From positions 426,715-490,714 of the forward strand of contig CAVZQM010000004.1 of assembly GCA_963777495.1 (NCBI GenBank): a DNA stretch of 64,000 nucleotides, in the 5' to 3' direction. The notes below the pieces were generated by a model that did no database searches, was not told the DNA's origin, and worked only from the letters and a program-made list of their open reading frames with translations. This DNA comes from an uncultured Actinomycetes bacterium. GTDB taxonomy: Bacteria; Actinomycetota; UBA4738; HRBIN12. Shown in pieces: positions 1-9,432 of this stretch; within the stretch, counting starts at the first letter, position 1; each line of letters begins with the position of its first letter. The translations under genes and the position numbers were made by a program.

Positions 1-73
1 GCGTCTGGTAGTAGCGGACCGTGTCGACCGACACGTCGCAGGCGGCGGCAAGCTGCTCGACCCTGTACCTCAC
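1..73 (-). CDS. MerR-family transcriptional regulator, N-terminal HTH fragment (gene runs off the left edge)
   Basis: The reverse complement of 1-73 starts with GTG and reads VRYRVEQLAAACDVSVDTVRYYQT. This is the typical MerR helix-turn-helix opening. Only 24 codons are visible. Confidence 0.5.
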   Translation of the reverse strand, partial: MRYRVEQLAAACDVSVDTVRYYQT

Positions 74-130
74 GACCGTTCACTCTACGAGTGTTCGCTC
101 GCACGGTCCACGCGCCCGGCGACGGCTACG

Positions 131-1372
131 ATGCCTCGCGTGGAGCGTGTCGGCCGCCCCGTCAGCCTGTTGCTCGTGCTGGCGTGCACGTGCGGAACGT
201 TGATCCTCGGCAGCGCCTTGAAGGGACCGTGCGCCACCGGGAACTGGGACGACGGCCGCCAGTACCGCCTGCTCTGCTATTCGGACATCGTGCCGTTGCT
301 CAACACGGAGCAACTCACGGGCAACCGCTTGCCGTACCTCCAGCCGTGCCTGGAGGCAGGAGGGCAATGCGATGAGTACCCCGTCCTCTCGATGTATCTC
401 ATGCGCCTCGCCGCGTGGGTCGGCGGCAGTACGCCGGCCGGATTCTTCACGGCCAACGCGATCCTCCTGTGGGTGTGCGCCGCCGCGATCGCGACGTGCC
501 TGTACGTGCTGGGGGGCAAGGCCTTGTGGTTCGCACTCGCGCCGACCCTGCTGATCTACGGCTTCATGAACTGGGACCTGTTCGCGGTCGCGCTCGCGAC
601 CGGCGCGCTGGTCGCGTTCGCCCGCCGGCGTGACGGGCTCGCGGGTGTGCTACTCGGCCTCGGCGCCGCCGCCAAGTTCTATCCGGCGCTTCTGGTCGTC
701 CCGTTGATCGCCCATCGTTTGCGCGATCGCGAGCCCGACGCCGCGATCCGGATCGGGTGGGCGACCGCGGGAACGTGGCTCCTGACGAACCTGCCGTTCG
801 CCATCGGCTCGCCCTCGAGCTGGTGGACGTTCTTCAGCTTCAACTCGGCGCGACCCGCGGACTGGGACAGCCTCTGGTACATCGGGTGCACGCACGTCGA
901 CATCCAGGCGATCTGCGGACACACGTCGCGGATCAACGTCGCATCGCTGGCGCTGTTCGTCGCGTCGTTCGTGCTGGTCTGGATCGTCAAGCAGCGGCGG
1001 GAACCGGCGTTCGCGCGATGGAGCCTGGCCTTCCCGATGCTCGTGCTCTTCTTGTTGTCCAACAAGGTGTACTCGCCGCAGTACGGACTGTGGTTGTTGC
1101 CGTTCTTCGCGATGGGCGCCGTCAGCCTGCCGACGTTCATCGCGTTCGAGATGGCAGACGTCGCGGTCTTCGTCACCCGCTTCTCGTACTTCGGAGAGCT
1201 CACCGGGGTCGGCGGTCTGCCGTTCGAGACCTTCGAGATCGCCATCGGGGTCAGGACGCTCATCCTGGTGTGGGCGCTGGTCCAGTGGGTGCGCCGTCCC
1301 ACCTCCGAGCTGCCCGAGTTGGAAACGCCTCCTCCGCGTGAGCCGGTCGTTGTGGGCAAGGCGTCCGCGTGA
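131..1372 (+). CDS. Polytopic membrane glycosyltransferase, GT-C fold (DUF2029/GT87-like)
   Basis: Intact 413-aa ORF with many hydrophobic segments. The Cys-rich N-terminal loop (GPCATGNWDDGRQYRLLCYSDIVPL...EYPVLSMY) and the KFYPALLVVPL motif are typical of actinobacterial polyprenol-phosphate-sugar-dependent transferases. The family call is from memory. Confidence 0.6.
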   Translation: MPRVERVGRPVSLLLVLACTCGTLILGSALKGPCATGNWDDGRQYRLLCYSDIVPLLNTEQLTGNRLPYLQPCLEAGGQCDEYPVLSMYLMRLAAWVGGSTPAGFFTANAILLWVCAAAIATCLYVLGGKALWFALAPTLLIYGFMNWDLFAVALATGALVAFARRRDGLAGVLLGLGAAAKFYPALLVVPLIAHRLRDREPDAAIRIGWATAGTWLLTNLPFAIGSPSSWWTFFSFNSARPADWDSLWYIGCTHVDIQAICGHTSRINVASLALFVASFVLVWIVKQRREPAFARWSLAFPMLVLFLLSNKVYSPQYGLWLLPFFAMGAVSLPTFIAFEMADVAVFVTRFSYFGELTGVGGLPFETFEIAIGVRTLILVWALVQWVRRPTSELPELETPPPREPVVVGKASA

Positions 1373-2535
1373 GCAACCGGACGACGGCCGACCCGCGACT
1401 GCGCGATGGCGTGCGGCCGTGCCTCGTCACGTTCCTGGCCGTTCGGATCGGCCTGATCGTCCTGGCGGCGTTGGCGGCGGGATTGATCCCCGCGCGTGAT
1501 GCCGTCAGCGTGCCCGGGTGGACCGCGCCGCCGCTCGGCCACGGGTGGGGCGGCGTCTTCACCGCGTTCGAACGGCAGGACGCGCTGTGGTTCCTCCGGA
1601 TCGCCACGTCGGGCTATGCGGCGGGAGACGGCAGCGCCGCCTTCTTCCCCCTGTACCCCTTGGTCGTCCGTGCCGTGTCGTGGCTCGTCGGGGGCCGCCC
1701 GCTCCTGGCGGCGACCCTCGTCTCCAACCTAGCGTTCTTCGGATCGCTGCTGGTCCTGTTCGACCTCACGGTCCGCGAGTTCTCCGAGGCGGTCGCCCGC
1801 AAGGCCATCGTCTACCTGGCGATCTTCCCAACGGCGTTCTTCTTCTTCGCTCCGTACAGCGAGTCGCTGTTCCTCCTGCTCTCGCTGATCGCGTTCCGCG
1901 AAGCCCGGCGCGACCGGTGGGGCGTCGCCGCGATCGCCGGGGCGATGGCCGCGATGACCCGGAGCCTGGGCGTCGTGCTCGCGCCGGCGCTCTTCGTGAT
2001 GGCCCTCGAGCGACGAGGGGACCGGGCCATCCCGTGGTCGCGGATCGCTGCATCGGCCGCGGTGCTGCTGGGACCGCTCCTGTATCTGGCATGGTGGGGC
2101 GCGGCGCACCAGGACGCCCTGGCGCCGATCCACGCCCAGGAGCGCTGGCAGCGAACGGTCGTCTTCCCGCTCGTCACGCTCTGGGATGCCTTCCGGCTGG
2201 CGGCCGGGCAAGGGGTCGACGATCCCAACTACTGGCTGATCGACTTCCTGGTCGTCGGGGTGGTGGTCGCGGCCGTCGTGCTCGGCTGGAGACGACTCTC
2301 CCCGGCGTACCTCACGTACGCACTCGGGAGCCTCCTGGTCCCGCTCGCCTATCCGTTCCCGCCACGACCCCTGCTCTCGATGCCGCGCTTCGTGGCGGTG
2401 ATCTTCCCCGCGTTCTGGGTGCTCGCCGACGCGTCGGAGCGCGGGAAGGTGCCGCACACGGCCATCGTGGCCACGTTCGCAGGAGGCTTCTGCCTGCTGA
2501 CGGTGCTCTTCACGAACTGGTGGCACATCTTCTGA
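1369..2535 (+). CDS. Membrane mannosyltransferase-like protein (PIG-V/GT76-like, GT-C)
   Basis: Intact 388-aa polytopic ORF. Its start overlaps the upstream stop (GTGA), which indicates translational coupling. It carries the motif FERQDALWFLRIATSGY...FFPLYPL. Confidence 0.55.
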   Translation: MSNRTTADPRLRDGVRPCLVTFLAVRIGLIVLAALAAGLIPARDAVSVPGWTAPPLGHGWGGVFTAFERQDALWFLRIATSGYAAGDGSAAFFPLYPLVVRAVSWLVGGRPLLAATLVSNLAFFGSLLVLFDLTVREFSEAVARKAIVYLAIFPTAFFFFAPYSESLFLLLSLIAFREARRDRWGVAAIAGAMAAMTRSLGVVLAPALFVMALERRGDRAIPWSRIAASAAVLLGPLLYLAWWGAAHQDALAPIHAQERWQRTVVFPLVTLWDAFRLAAGQGVDDPNYWLIDFLVVGVVVAAVVLGWRRLSPAYLTYALGSLLVPLAYPFPPRPLLSMPRFVAVIFPAFWVLADASERGKVPHTAIVATFAGGFCLLTVLFTNWWHIF

Positions 2536-2599
2536 ACGGGCATCCCCGACCGTTTAGGATGGTGCGGACCGCGTCCAAGGCGCGGACGGAGGACGGGGC

Positions 2600-3235
2600 A
2601 TGATCAAGGTAGCCATCGCCGACGACCACTCGTTGGTGCGACAGGGACTCCGCCGGTATCTGGACATGGCGGACGGCATCGAGGTCGTGGGTGAAGCGTC
2701 GGACGGCCGGGAGCTCTTGACGTTGATCGAGGAGCACGATCCCGACATCGCGCTCGTGGACATCCGGATGCCCGAGATGGACGGCCTCGAGGCCGCCCGC
2801 GAGATCCGCGACCGGTTCCCCAAAGTGGGCGTCATCATGCTCACCGCGTACGACGACCGGCAGTTCGTGGTCGAGGCGGTCCGATCGGGAGCGCGCGGAT
2901 ACGTCCTGAAGGCTCGTGACGCCGAGCATCTGATCCAAACGGTGCGCCTGGTCGCGGGGGGCAACATGGTGATCGACCCGCAACTGGTGGTCGCGCTCGC
3001 CGAAGAGCTGTCCACCGCGAAGGAGCGCGATCGCCGGGCGGAGACGCTCACCGCGCGTGAGATCGAGGTGCTACAACTGCTGGCGTTCGGCCACACGAAC
3101 CGCGACATCGCCGAACGGCTCTACATCTCGCCCGACACGGTGAAGACCCATCTCGAGCACATCTTCGAGAAGCTGGGCGCGTCGGATCGCACGGCGGCCG
3201 TGGCCGAGGCGCTTCGACGCCGCCTCATCGAGTAG
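2600..3235 (+). CDS. NarL/LuxR-family response regulator
   Basis: Receiver domain (IADDHSLVRQGL...DIALVDIRMPEMDG) followed by a LuxR HTH (LTAREIEVLQLLAFGHTNRDIAERLYISPDTVKTHLEHIF). Confidence 0.9.
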   Translation: MIKVAIADDHSLVRQGLRRYLDMADGIEVVGEASDGRELLTLIEEHDPDIALVDIRMPEMDGLEAAREIRDRFPKVGVIMLTAYDDRQFVVEAVRSGARGYVLKARDAEHLIQTVRLVAGGNMVIDPQLVVALAEELSTAKERDRRAETLTAREIEVLQLLAFGHTNRDIAERLYISPDTVKTHLEHIFEKLGASDRTAAVAEALRRRLIE

Positions 3236-3305
3236 GCCCTTCCCCACCGCAGGGACCGGAAGCCGCAGCGTGTCGGCCGGTGGGGGTTAGTCCATCCGGC
3301 CACGC

Positions 3306-5483
3306 ATGTCCGACGACTGGGTGATGGAGCGGAAGGGGCCGAACGGGCAAGATGGGATGCGCATGAGCGACGCCCACGTCCCACGACGATCCCGTGTCTT
3401 CGCCGCCGTCCCGCTGCTGGCGGGCGCTGCCGCCGTGGTCGTGTGCGCGCTGATGCCGTCGGGGCGCAACCAGACGCTCATGGCCGAAGCGTCGGTCGTC
3501 GTGCTGAACCTCGTCGCCGCGGCCTCGGTCTTCGGCCCCGGCCGGCCGACGGAGTCGTGGCGTTCCGCCCGCTACTTCGCCGCATTCATGGTCATGCTCG
3601 CGCTCTTGGCGATCGGGTTGCTGGTGCTCGACATCCAGCGTCGGACCCCCGAACCGGGCTCGCTGGATCTGCTGCTCCTGCTGTTCCTGATCCCGGTGCT
3701 GGGCGCAGCGCGGGAGGAGTACCGGTCGCACTTCCCCGGCGACGATCGACGCGAGATCTCGATCGACGCCGCCCTGATCGCCGCGTCGCTCGCCGCGATC
3801 TGCTACGTGATCATCCGGCCGGTCGACGCGGATGCGGCGACGTCCCTGTCGGCCGGGACGTTCGCCGTCGTGTCTGCCACGTTGTTCGCGGCGTTCGGCG
3901 TCCTGGCGCTGTGGGTGCCGTCGGCTGCGCACATCGTGCAGTGGCTCGTCCTCACCGCCGTCTCGGCTGCGACCGTCGTCTTCGGCTGGGAATGGACGCG
4001 CGGCACGTTCGACATCGGATTCCCCGGGATCGTCGTCGTGTTCATGCTCGCCGGGCCGTTGCTGGCCGCGACGATCACCCTGCTCCCGATGCGCACCGAC
4101 CCTCGACGGGACGAGCGCCGCCGGCATCTGGCCCGCCCGATCCTCACGAGCGTGTCCGTGATCTCGGCATGCGCGGCTCTCGCCACCGTGGCCGCGCTCG
4201 ACGACGAGCGCGGGCTGCCGCGGTGGCAATCGGCATCGATCATCGCGTTGCTCGGGGTGGGCGTGGCGGCGCGGATCCTGGCGAACCAGATCCGAAGCAC
4301 CCATGCGCGTGCGCAGGCCGAGCACGCCCTGGGCGACAAGGAACGGGCGCTCAACGAGGCCGACATCGCGCTCGGTCGGGTCCGCGAGACGAACGAGACG
4401 CTTCGCCAGTCCGAGGAACATCTCCGGCTGGTCTTCGAGGCGGCCGTCGACGGGATCGTCGAGCTCGACCACAACGACGTGATCCTGCGGACGAACGACG
4501 CGTTCTGCAGCATGGTGCGCATCGACCGCGACTCGATCGAAGGGCTGCCGTGGACGGCCCTCGCGGCGTCGGTGGGCGGCGCCGACGCATCCTTCGCATC
4601 CCTCCCCACGACCGGGCAGGGCACCATCCAGCGCCCCGAGGGCCAGGCCCTCTACCTGGAGTCGCGCATCTCCGACGTGCCGATGACGCCGCCCAGGCGC
4701 CTCCTGCTGGTCCGTGACGTGACGGCGGGACGGATCGCGGACCAGACGATCCGTTCGCTGTTCAAGTTCCTTCAGGACCGGGACGAGGACCGGACGCGAC
4801 TCCTCCGCCGGACGAACAGCGCGATCGAGGCCGAGCGGAACCGCATCGCCCGCGACCTCCACGACGGCCCGGTGCAGGGCGTGTCGGCCGCGTCGCTCTC
4901 GTTGGAGGCGGCACTCCTGATGATCAAGGCCGGCGACGGCGACCGGGGGATCGAGATCCTCACGAAGATCCGCAAGGAGCTCGCCGAGGAGGCCGACGGC
5001 CTGCGCGCCCTCATGTCCGGATTGCGTCCGCCGCTGCTGGAGGAACGCGGGCTGATCCCGGCCATCCGCGAGACCCTGGCGCGCTTCGGGACCGAGCAAG
5101 GGGTTCGAACCGAGTTCTCGGGCATGGTCAGCAAGGAGATCCCCGACGACCTGGAGACGCTCGCCTACCGCGTGGTGCAGGAGGCCCTATCGAACGCGGC
5201 CAAGCACTCCCAGGCCGCCCACGTGACCGTCTCGGTCGAACTGGACCAGGTCCAGCTCCGGGTCGAGATCGTCGACGACGGGATCGGCTTCGACAACGAG
5301 CGAAGGCGGGAGTTCCTGCAGATGGGGCGCGTCGGACTGGCGTCCATGCGTGAACGCGTGGAGCTCGCGAGCGGAACGTTCGTCGTGCGTTCGACGCAGG
5401 GGCGCGGGACGACGATCGTCGCGACGCTGCCGATCGACATCGCGCCCGCCGGTCGCGAGCTCAGCGTCAACGAAACGACCTGA
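3306..5483 (+). CDS. Membrane sensor histidine kinase (PAS + HisKA_3 + HATPase_c), partner of the NarL-type regulator
   Basis: N-terminal multi-TM region, a PAS-like segment (LRLVFEAAVDGIVELD...), the H-box NRIARDLHDGPVQ, and an ATPase domain (VQEALSNAAKHS...DDGIGF...GLASMRERV). The exact start is uncertain. Confidence 0.85.
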   Translation: MSDDWVMERKGPNGQDGMRMSDAHVPRRSRVFAAVPLLAGAAAVVVCALMPSGRNQTLMAEASVVVLNLVAAASVFGPGRPTESWRSARYFAAFMVMLALLAIGLLVLDIQRRTPEPGSLDLLLLLFLIPVLGAAREEYRSHFPGDDRREISIDAALIAASLAAICYVIIRPVDADAATSLSAGTFAVVSATLFAAFGVLALWVPSAAHIVQWLVLTAVSAATVVFGWEWTRGTFDIGFPGIVVVFMLAGPLLAATITLLPMRTDPRRDERRRHLARPILTSVSVISACAALATVAALDDERGLPRWQSASIIALLGVGVAARILANQIRSTHARAQAEHALGDKERALNEADIALGRVRETNETLRQSEEHLRLVFEAAVDGIVELDHNDVILRTNDAFCSMVRIDRDSIEGLPWTALAASVGGADASFASLPTTGQGTIQRPEGQALYLESRISDVPMTPPRRLLLVRDVTAGRIADQTIRSLFKFLQDRDEDRTRLLRRTNSAIEAERNRIARDLHDGPVQGVSAASLSLEAALLMIKAGDGDRGIEILTKIRKELAEEADGLRALMSGLRPPLLEERGLIPAIRETLARFGTEQGVRTEFSGMVSKEIPDDLETLAYRVVQEALSNAAKHSQAAHVTVSVELDQVQLRVEIVDDGIGFDNERRREFLQMGRVGLASMRERVELASGTFVVRSTQGRGTTIVATLPIDIAPAGRELSVNETT

Positions 5484-7700
5484 ACCGCCCCGTCGGGCCC
5501 GATGCCTCCCTGACCCGTGGGACCGCTCGGACCCGTGCCTCCGGTCGGTCCCGTCGGGCCGGTCCCCGTCGGGCCGGTGGGACCCGTCGGGCCCGTGCCG
5601 GACGGTCCGGTCGGGCCGGTGGGCTCGGCCGACGGTGACTCACTGGGGCTCGGGCTCGGCAGGAACACTTGCGTCTCCGGCCCGATGGTGTAGCCGTCGA
5701 ACGAGGGCACCGGGAACGACTCGACGGGCAGCCCCTGCATCGCGACCGTCATGAAGTCGTGCCAGATGGCGGCGGGGATGGTCCCGCCGTACACGGGCGA
5801 CACGCCCTGCACGCTCTCCATGGGGATCTCGCCCTCCGGGTACCCGACCCACACGCACGTGGCCAGCTGCGGCGTGTACCCGCAGAACCACGCGTCGACG
5901 TACTCCTGCGCGGTCCCCGTCTTGCCGGCCACCGGCCGATCGGACAGGGCCGCGGCGCCGCCCGTTCCGGCGGTCACCACGTCCTGCAACGCGTACGTGA
6001 CCAGGTCGGCGTCGTTCGGATCCAGGACCTGCTGCCCCTTGCGGCTCACGTTGTCGACCACCTTGCCGTTGTGGTTCGTGAGCTGCACGAGCGGGTTCGC
6101 GTAACGGCGCACGCCGTGCGCGGCCAGCGTCGCATACGCGTTCGTCATCTCCAGCGGGTTCACGGCCTCGACGCCGAGCGTGATGGAGCACACCGGCTGC
6201 AGGTCGCTGCGGATGCCCAGCCGGTGCGCCATGTCGACGACCTTCTCCGGCCCGAGCTGCGCGGTCAGCTGCGCGAAGACCGTGTTGACCGAGTGCGCCG
6301 TCGCGGCCTGCAGCGAGAACGTGCCCGCCTCGGAGTCCGAGGCGTTCGACAGCTCCCACGGCGCGCCGTTCGTGTAGCAGGCCGTGTCCGGGATCGTGAT
6401 CGAGGCCGGCCCCGTCCAGTACGCGTTGAGGTCGTAGCCGGCGTCCATGGCCGCGGCGAGAGCGAACGGCTTGAACGACGAACCGGCCTGGCGCCCGCTG
6501 CCGCCGAACGTCTCCGTCTTGAGCCGCAGCCCCGAGACCGCCAGGTTCACCTGCGACTGGCTGAACCCGCGCCCCCCCACCATGGCCAGGATCTCCCCCG
6601 TGCTCGGGTCGATCGCGACCAATGCACCTTCGGGATCCGACGGACTGGGCAGGTGCGCGTTCACCGCCGCCTCCGCGGCGCGCTGCAACCCCAGGTCGAG
6701 CGACGTCGTCACCCGGAACCCGCCGCCGAAGACGGCCTCGCCGCCGTACTTGTTGATCAGGTAGCGCCTGGCGTAGTCCACGAAGTACTCGGAGTTGGCC
6801 GGCGCGTTCACGGCCTCCTTCGCCGGATCCGTCTGCACCTTCAGCTGCTGCAGCTGGCCTGCCTTCGCGCTGTCGAGTCCTTCGTACCGCACCATCTGAT
6901 CGAGCGCGTAGTCGCGACGGACCTTGGCGTCCTCGGGGTGGTCGATCGGGTCGAACCGTCCCGGCGACGTGATGAGGCCCGCGAGCGTGGCCGACTGCTT
7001 GATGCGTCAGGTCGGCGGCGTCGATGCCCCAGTACGTCTGCGCCGCCGCCTGGACCCCGTATGCGCCGTGCCCCAGGTAGATCGTGTTGAGGTAGCGGGC
7101 CAGGATCTGGTCCTTCGACAGCGTCTGCTCGAGCTTGATCGCCAGGAGCGCCTCGCGGATCTTCTCTTTGATCGTGCGAGGCGGGATCACGTATTCGGTC
7201 GTGCCGTCCGGCTGCTCGACGTAGCTGCCCGCGTACACCTGCTTGACGAGCTGCTGCGTGATGGTGGAACCACCCTGGACCGTGTCGCGCTCCACGACGT
7301 CGGTCCACGCGGCCCGCAAGATGCCGACCGGGTCGATCCCGGGGTGCTCGTAGAACCCGTGGTCCTCGACGGCGACGACCGCGTCGCGGAGATGCTCGGG
7401 CATCTGGTCGAACGGGATGATCGTGCGGTCGACCGCCCCGTGGATCGACGCCAGGAGGGAGCCGTTGCGGTCGTACATGAACGTCGACTGGATCGGCGGC
7501 AGCGCCCTCGGCAGCTCGATCTGCGAGTACGCGTACACCAAGCCGCCGCCGATCGCGAGCACGACGACGACGGGGACGGCGATGAACACCCACCAGAACC
7601 GTCGGAAGAAGCCCTTCTTCGGCTTCCCCTTCTTGTCGCGGGTGTGCCTGGGGGTATAGGAACGACCCCGGGCGGCTCGAGGGGTGGTGTCGGTCGACAC
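5467..7700 (-). pseudogene. ponA: Class A penicillin-binding protein (transglycosylase + transpeptidase), frameshifted as sequenced
   Basis: The GT51 domain (EDHGFYEHPGIDPVGILRA...GGSTITQQLVKQ...RYLNTIYLGHGAYGV) is in one frame. The TP domain (ALVAIDPSTGEILAMVGG...SSFKPF...KTGTAQEY) is in another frame. The junction lies at about 7003 inside the motif DLTL-KQSATLAGLI, and removing one base restores it. The GTG start at 7700 precedes a basic-rich N-terminus and a TM segment. The 3' end is ambiguous (see findings). Confidence 0.85.
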
Positions 7701-7770
7701 TGGGATCGATTCTACCGAGGGCAGGCGGATACCCTGCGCACGCTCGTGTGATGTTCCGGTGTCGGGGCGC

Positions 7771-8172
7771 TCAGATGGCGGCCGTACGCCGGGCGGTGAA
7801 CGCCTCTTTGAGGTGGTTCCACTGGCAGTTGCGACACACCTCGACGATGTAGCAGCACGAGCCGGGGTGGGCCGCCGCCATGCGGAGGCCCGTCTGGATC
7901 GACCACACCCGCCCGCTGTCGGCCTTGAGACCGTCGCCGTAGACGTAGGCCAGCAGGACGAGCTTCTCCTTGGCACAGACGGGACAGTCGTTGTTCGTCG
8001 GCTCCCCGACGTGGCGGGCCGCCCGCATGAGCTCGGGGTGGGCGTCGCAGACATCGGTGAGACCCAGCACGCCGATCCGCGCGTCCCGCAGGAGCGCGCG
8101 CTTGGCCAGCGTGTAGTCGATCACGCCCAACTCGGCGCGACGTCCCCCCAGCGGCGTCCGCTTGGCTGCCAT
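7771..8172 (-). CDS. DUF5318-family protein (conserved partner of ponA in actinobacteria)
   Basis: Sequence MAAKRTPLGGRRAELGVIDYTLAKRALL...CPVCAKEKLVLLAYVYGD...CRNCQWNH. It lies immediately upstream of the PBP gene on the same strand, which is the same synteny I recall from mycobacteria. Confidence 0.7.
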   Translation of the reverse strand: MAAKRTPLGGRRAELGVIDYTLAKRALLRDARIGVLGLTDVCDAHPELMRAARHVGEPTNNDCPVCAKEKLVLLAYVYGDGLKADSGRVWSIQTGLRMAAAHPGSCCYIVEVCRNCQWNHLKEAFTARRTAAI

Positions 8173-8266
8173 GGAGAGCAAGTCTACCCCCCTGCCCCGA
8201 CGTGATGGACCTGCCGTCGGACGTACGTCCATCGGATACTGGGGTCACCCAACCGGAGGAGTGAGG

Positions 8267-8965
8267 ATGCCCGAGATCACCGTGCTGCACAGCGCCGACC
8301 GTTCGAGCTGGAGGGCGCTCGAGGACCCGCCCGGTGGCATCCCGTCGTCGGGTCGCGAGCTCGACGCGTTCTCCTCGGGCGACGGCGCCTTCGAATGCGG
8401 ATTCTGGGAACGCCAGCCCGACACCTGGTCGTTCGAGCGGCCGTACGACGAGGTCGCGTACATCTTGGAAGGGGCGGCGGAGGTCGAGACGGAGGACGGT
8501 CGCGTGTTGCGGCTGGGACCCGGCGACACGTTCGTCACGCCGAGAGGGTCGAAGGGCACCTGGCGCATCCAGGAGACCATCGCGAAGTTCTTCACCATCT
8601 ATTCGGGAGGCGCGATCGGCGACACCGGGATACGTGTGATCGGCGCGAACGACCCCGTCGACTGGGTGACCTTGGACAACGCGCCCGGAGACGACGACCC
8701 ACCCGGGCAGGAGTGGTACGCCTGGCGGAACCCCGACGGGAGGTTCTCGACCGGCGTCTGGCGCCGCGACCCCGAGACCGGGACGTTCGACCGCGAGTAC
8801 CACGAGGTCGCGTGCCTCATCGAGGGCGACGTGGAGATCGAGGCCGAGGATGGGCAGGTGCTGCGGGTCGGAGCGGGCGACGTCCTAGTCACGCCGAAGG
8901 GATCGAAAGGCCTGTGGCGCGCGCTGACGCCGGTGAGCAAGTTCTGGGCGGTGTATCACGGGTAA
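8267..8965 (+). CDS. Tandem cupin protein (2x DUF861/cupin_3-like)
   Basis: Two copies of the pattern G.W...P.....F.R.Y.EV..ilEG...iE.eDG.vlR.G.GD..VTP.GSKG.W. A GGAGG ribosome-binding site precedes the ATG at 8267. Confidence 0.75.
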   Translation: MPEITVLHSADRSSWRALEDPPGGIPSSGRELDAFSSGDGAFECGFWERQPDTWSFERPYDEVAYILEGAAEVETEDGRVLRLGPGDTFVTPRGSKGTWRIQETIAKFFTIYSGGAIGDTGIRVIGANDPVDWVTLDNAPGDDDPPGQEWYAWRNPDGRFSTGVWRRDPETGTFDREYHEVACLIEGDVEIEAEDGQVLRVGAGDVLVTPKGSKGLWRALTPVSKFWAVYHG

Positions 8966-9011
8966 CCCGTACGGCTCACTGGAGCCCGAGCCTGCAGGTG
9001 GCCAGCCGCTC

Positions 9012-9425
9012 GTGGTCGAGGCGGGCGCGGCCACGGTGTTGCTCCGCGGCCTCCGCAAGCGGTGCCCCCGCTGCAGCGAGCGACGCATCTTCCGTTCGTG
9101 GCTCCATCTGCTCGAACGGTGCCCTCGATGCGCACTCCATTTCGAGCGCGAGCAGGGCGGGTTCCTGGGCGCGATGACGCTCAACTTCCTGGCGTCGACC
9201 CTGGTGTGGGTGGCGATGCTGGTGGTCGTCCTGGCGCTGACCGTGCCCGACGTGCCGGTGGTGCCGTTGCTGATCGCGAGCGTCGTCGTGCTGGTCGTGA
9301 TGCCACTGTGGTTCTACCCGCGCTCGAAATCGCTCTGGGCGGCGATCGAGTTCCTGGTGGCGCGGAGCGACCCGGACTATCGAACGCCGATACGACGCGA
9401 CCCTCGAGCGGAAGACCTGGAGTGA
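9012..9425 (+). CDS. DUF983-like small membrane protein with zinc-ribbon
   Basis: A CPRCSERRIF...CPRCALHFERE motif followed by two TM helices. Confidence 0.65.
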   Translation: MVEAGAATVLLRGLRKRCPRCSERRIFRSWLHLLERCPRCALHFEREQGGFLGAMTLNFLASTLVWVAMLVVVLALTVPDVPVVPLLIASVVVLVVMPLWFYPRSKSLWAAIEFLVARSDPDYRTPIRRDPRAEDLE

Positions 9426-9432
9426 CGGGACG

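Noticed and set aside
3225-5099. Very long antisense or off-frame ORFs opposite real genes. Examples: 3225..5099(-), 25123..28764(-), 16959..19583(+), 19345..21147(+), 28792..30048(-), 33004..34647(-), 40236..42761(-), 43244..44527(-), 30784..33867(+) upstream part.
   Set aside because: Their translations are monotonous Arg/Gly/Pro/Asp-rich sequences with no motifs. This is typical of shadow ORFs in about 70% GC DNA, and in each case the opposite or alternative frame carries a clearly recognisable protein.
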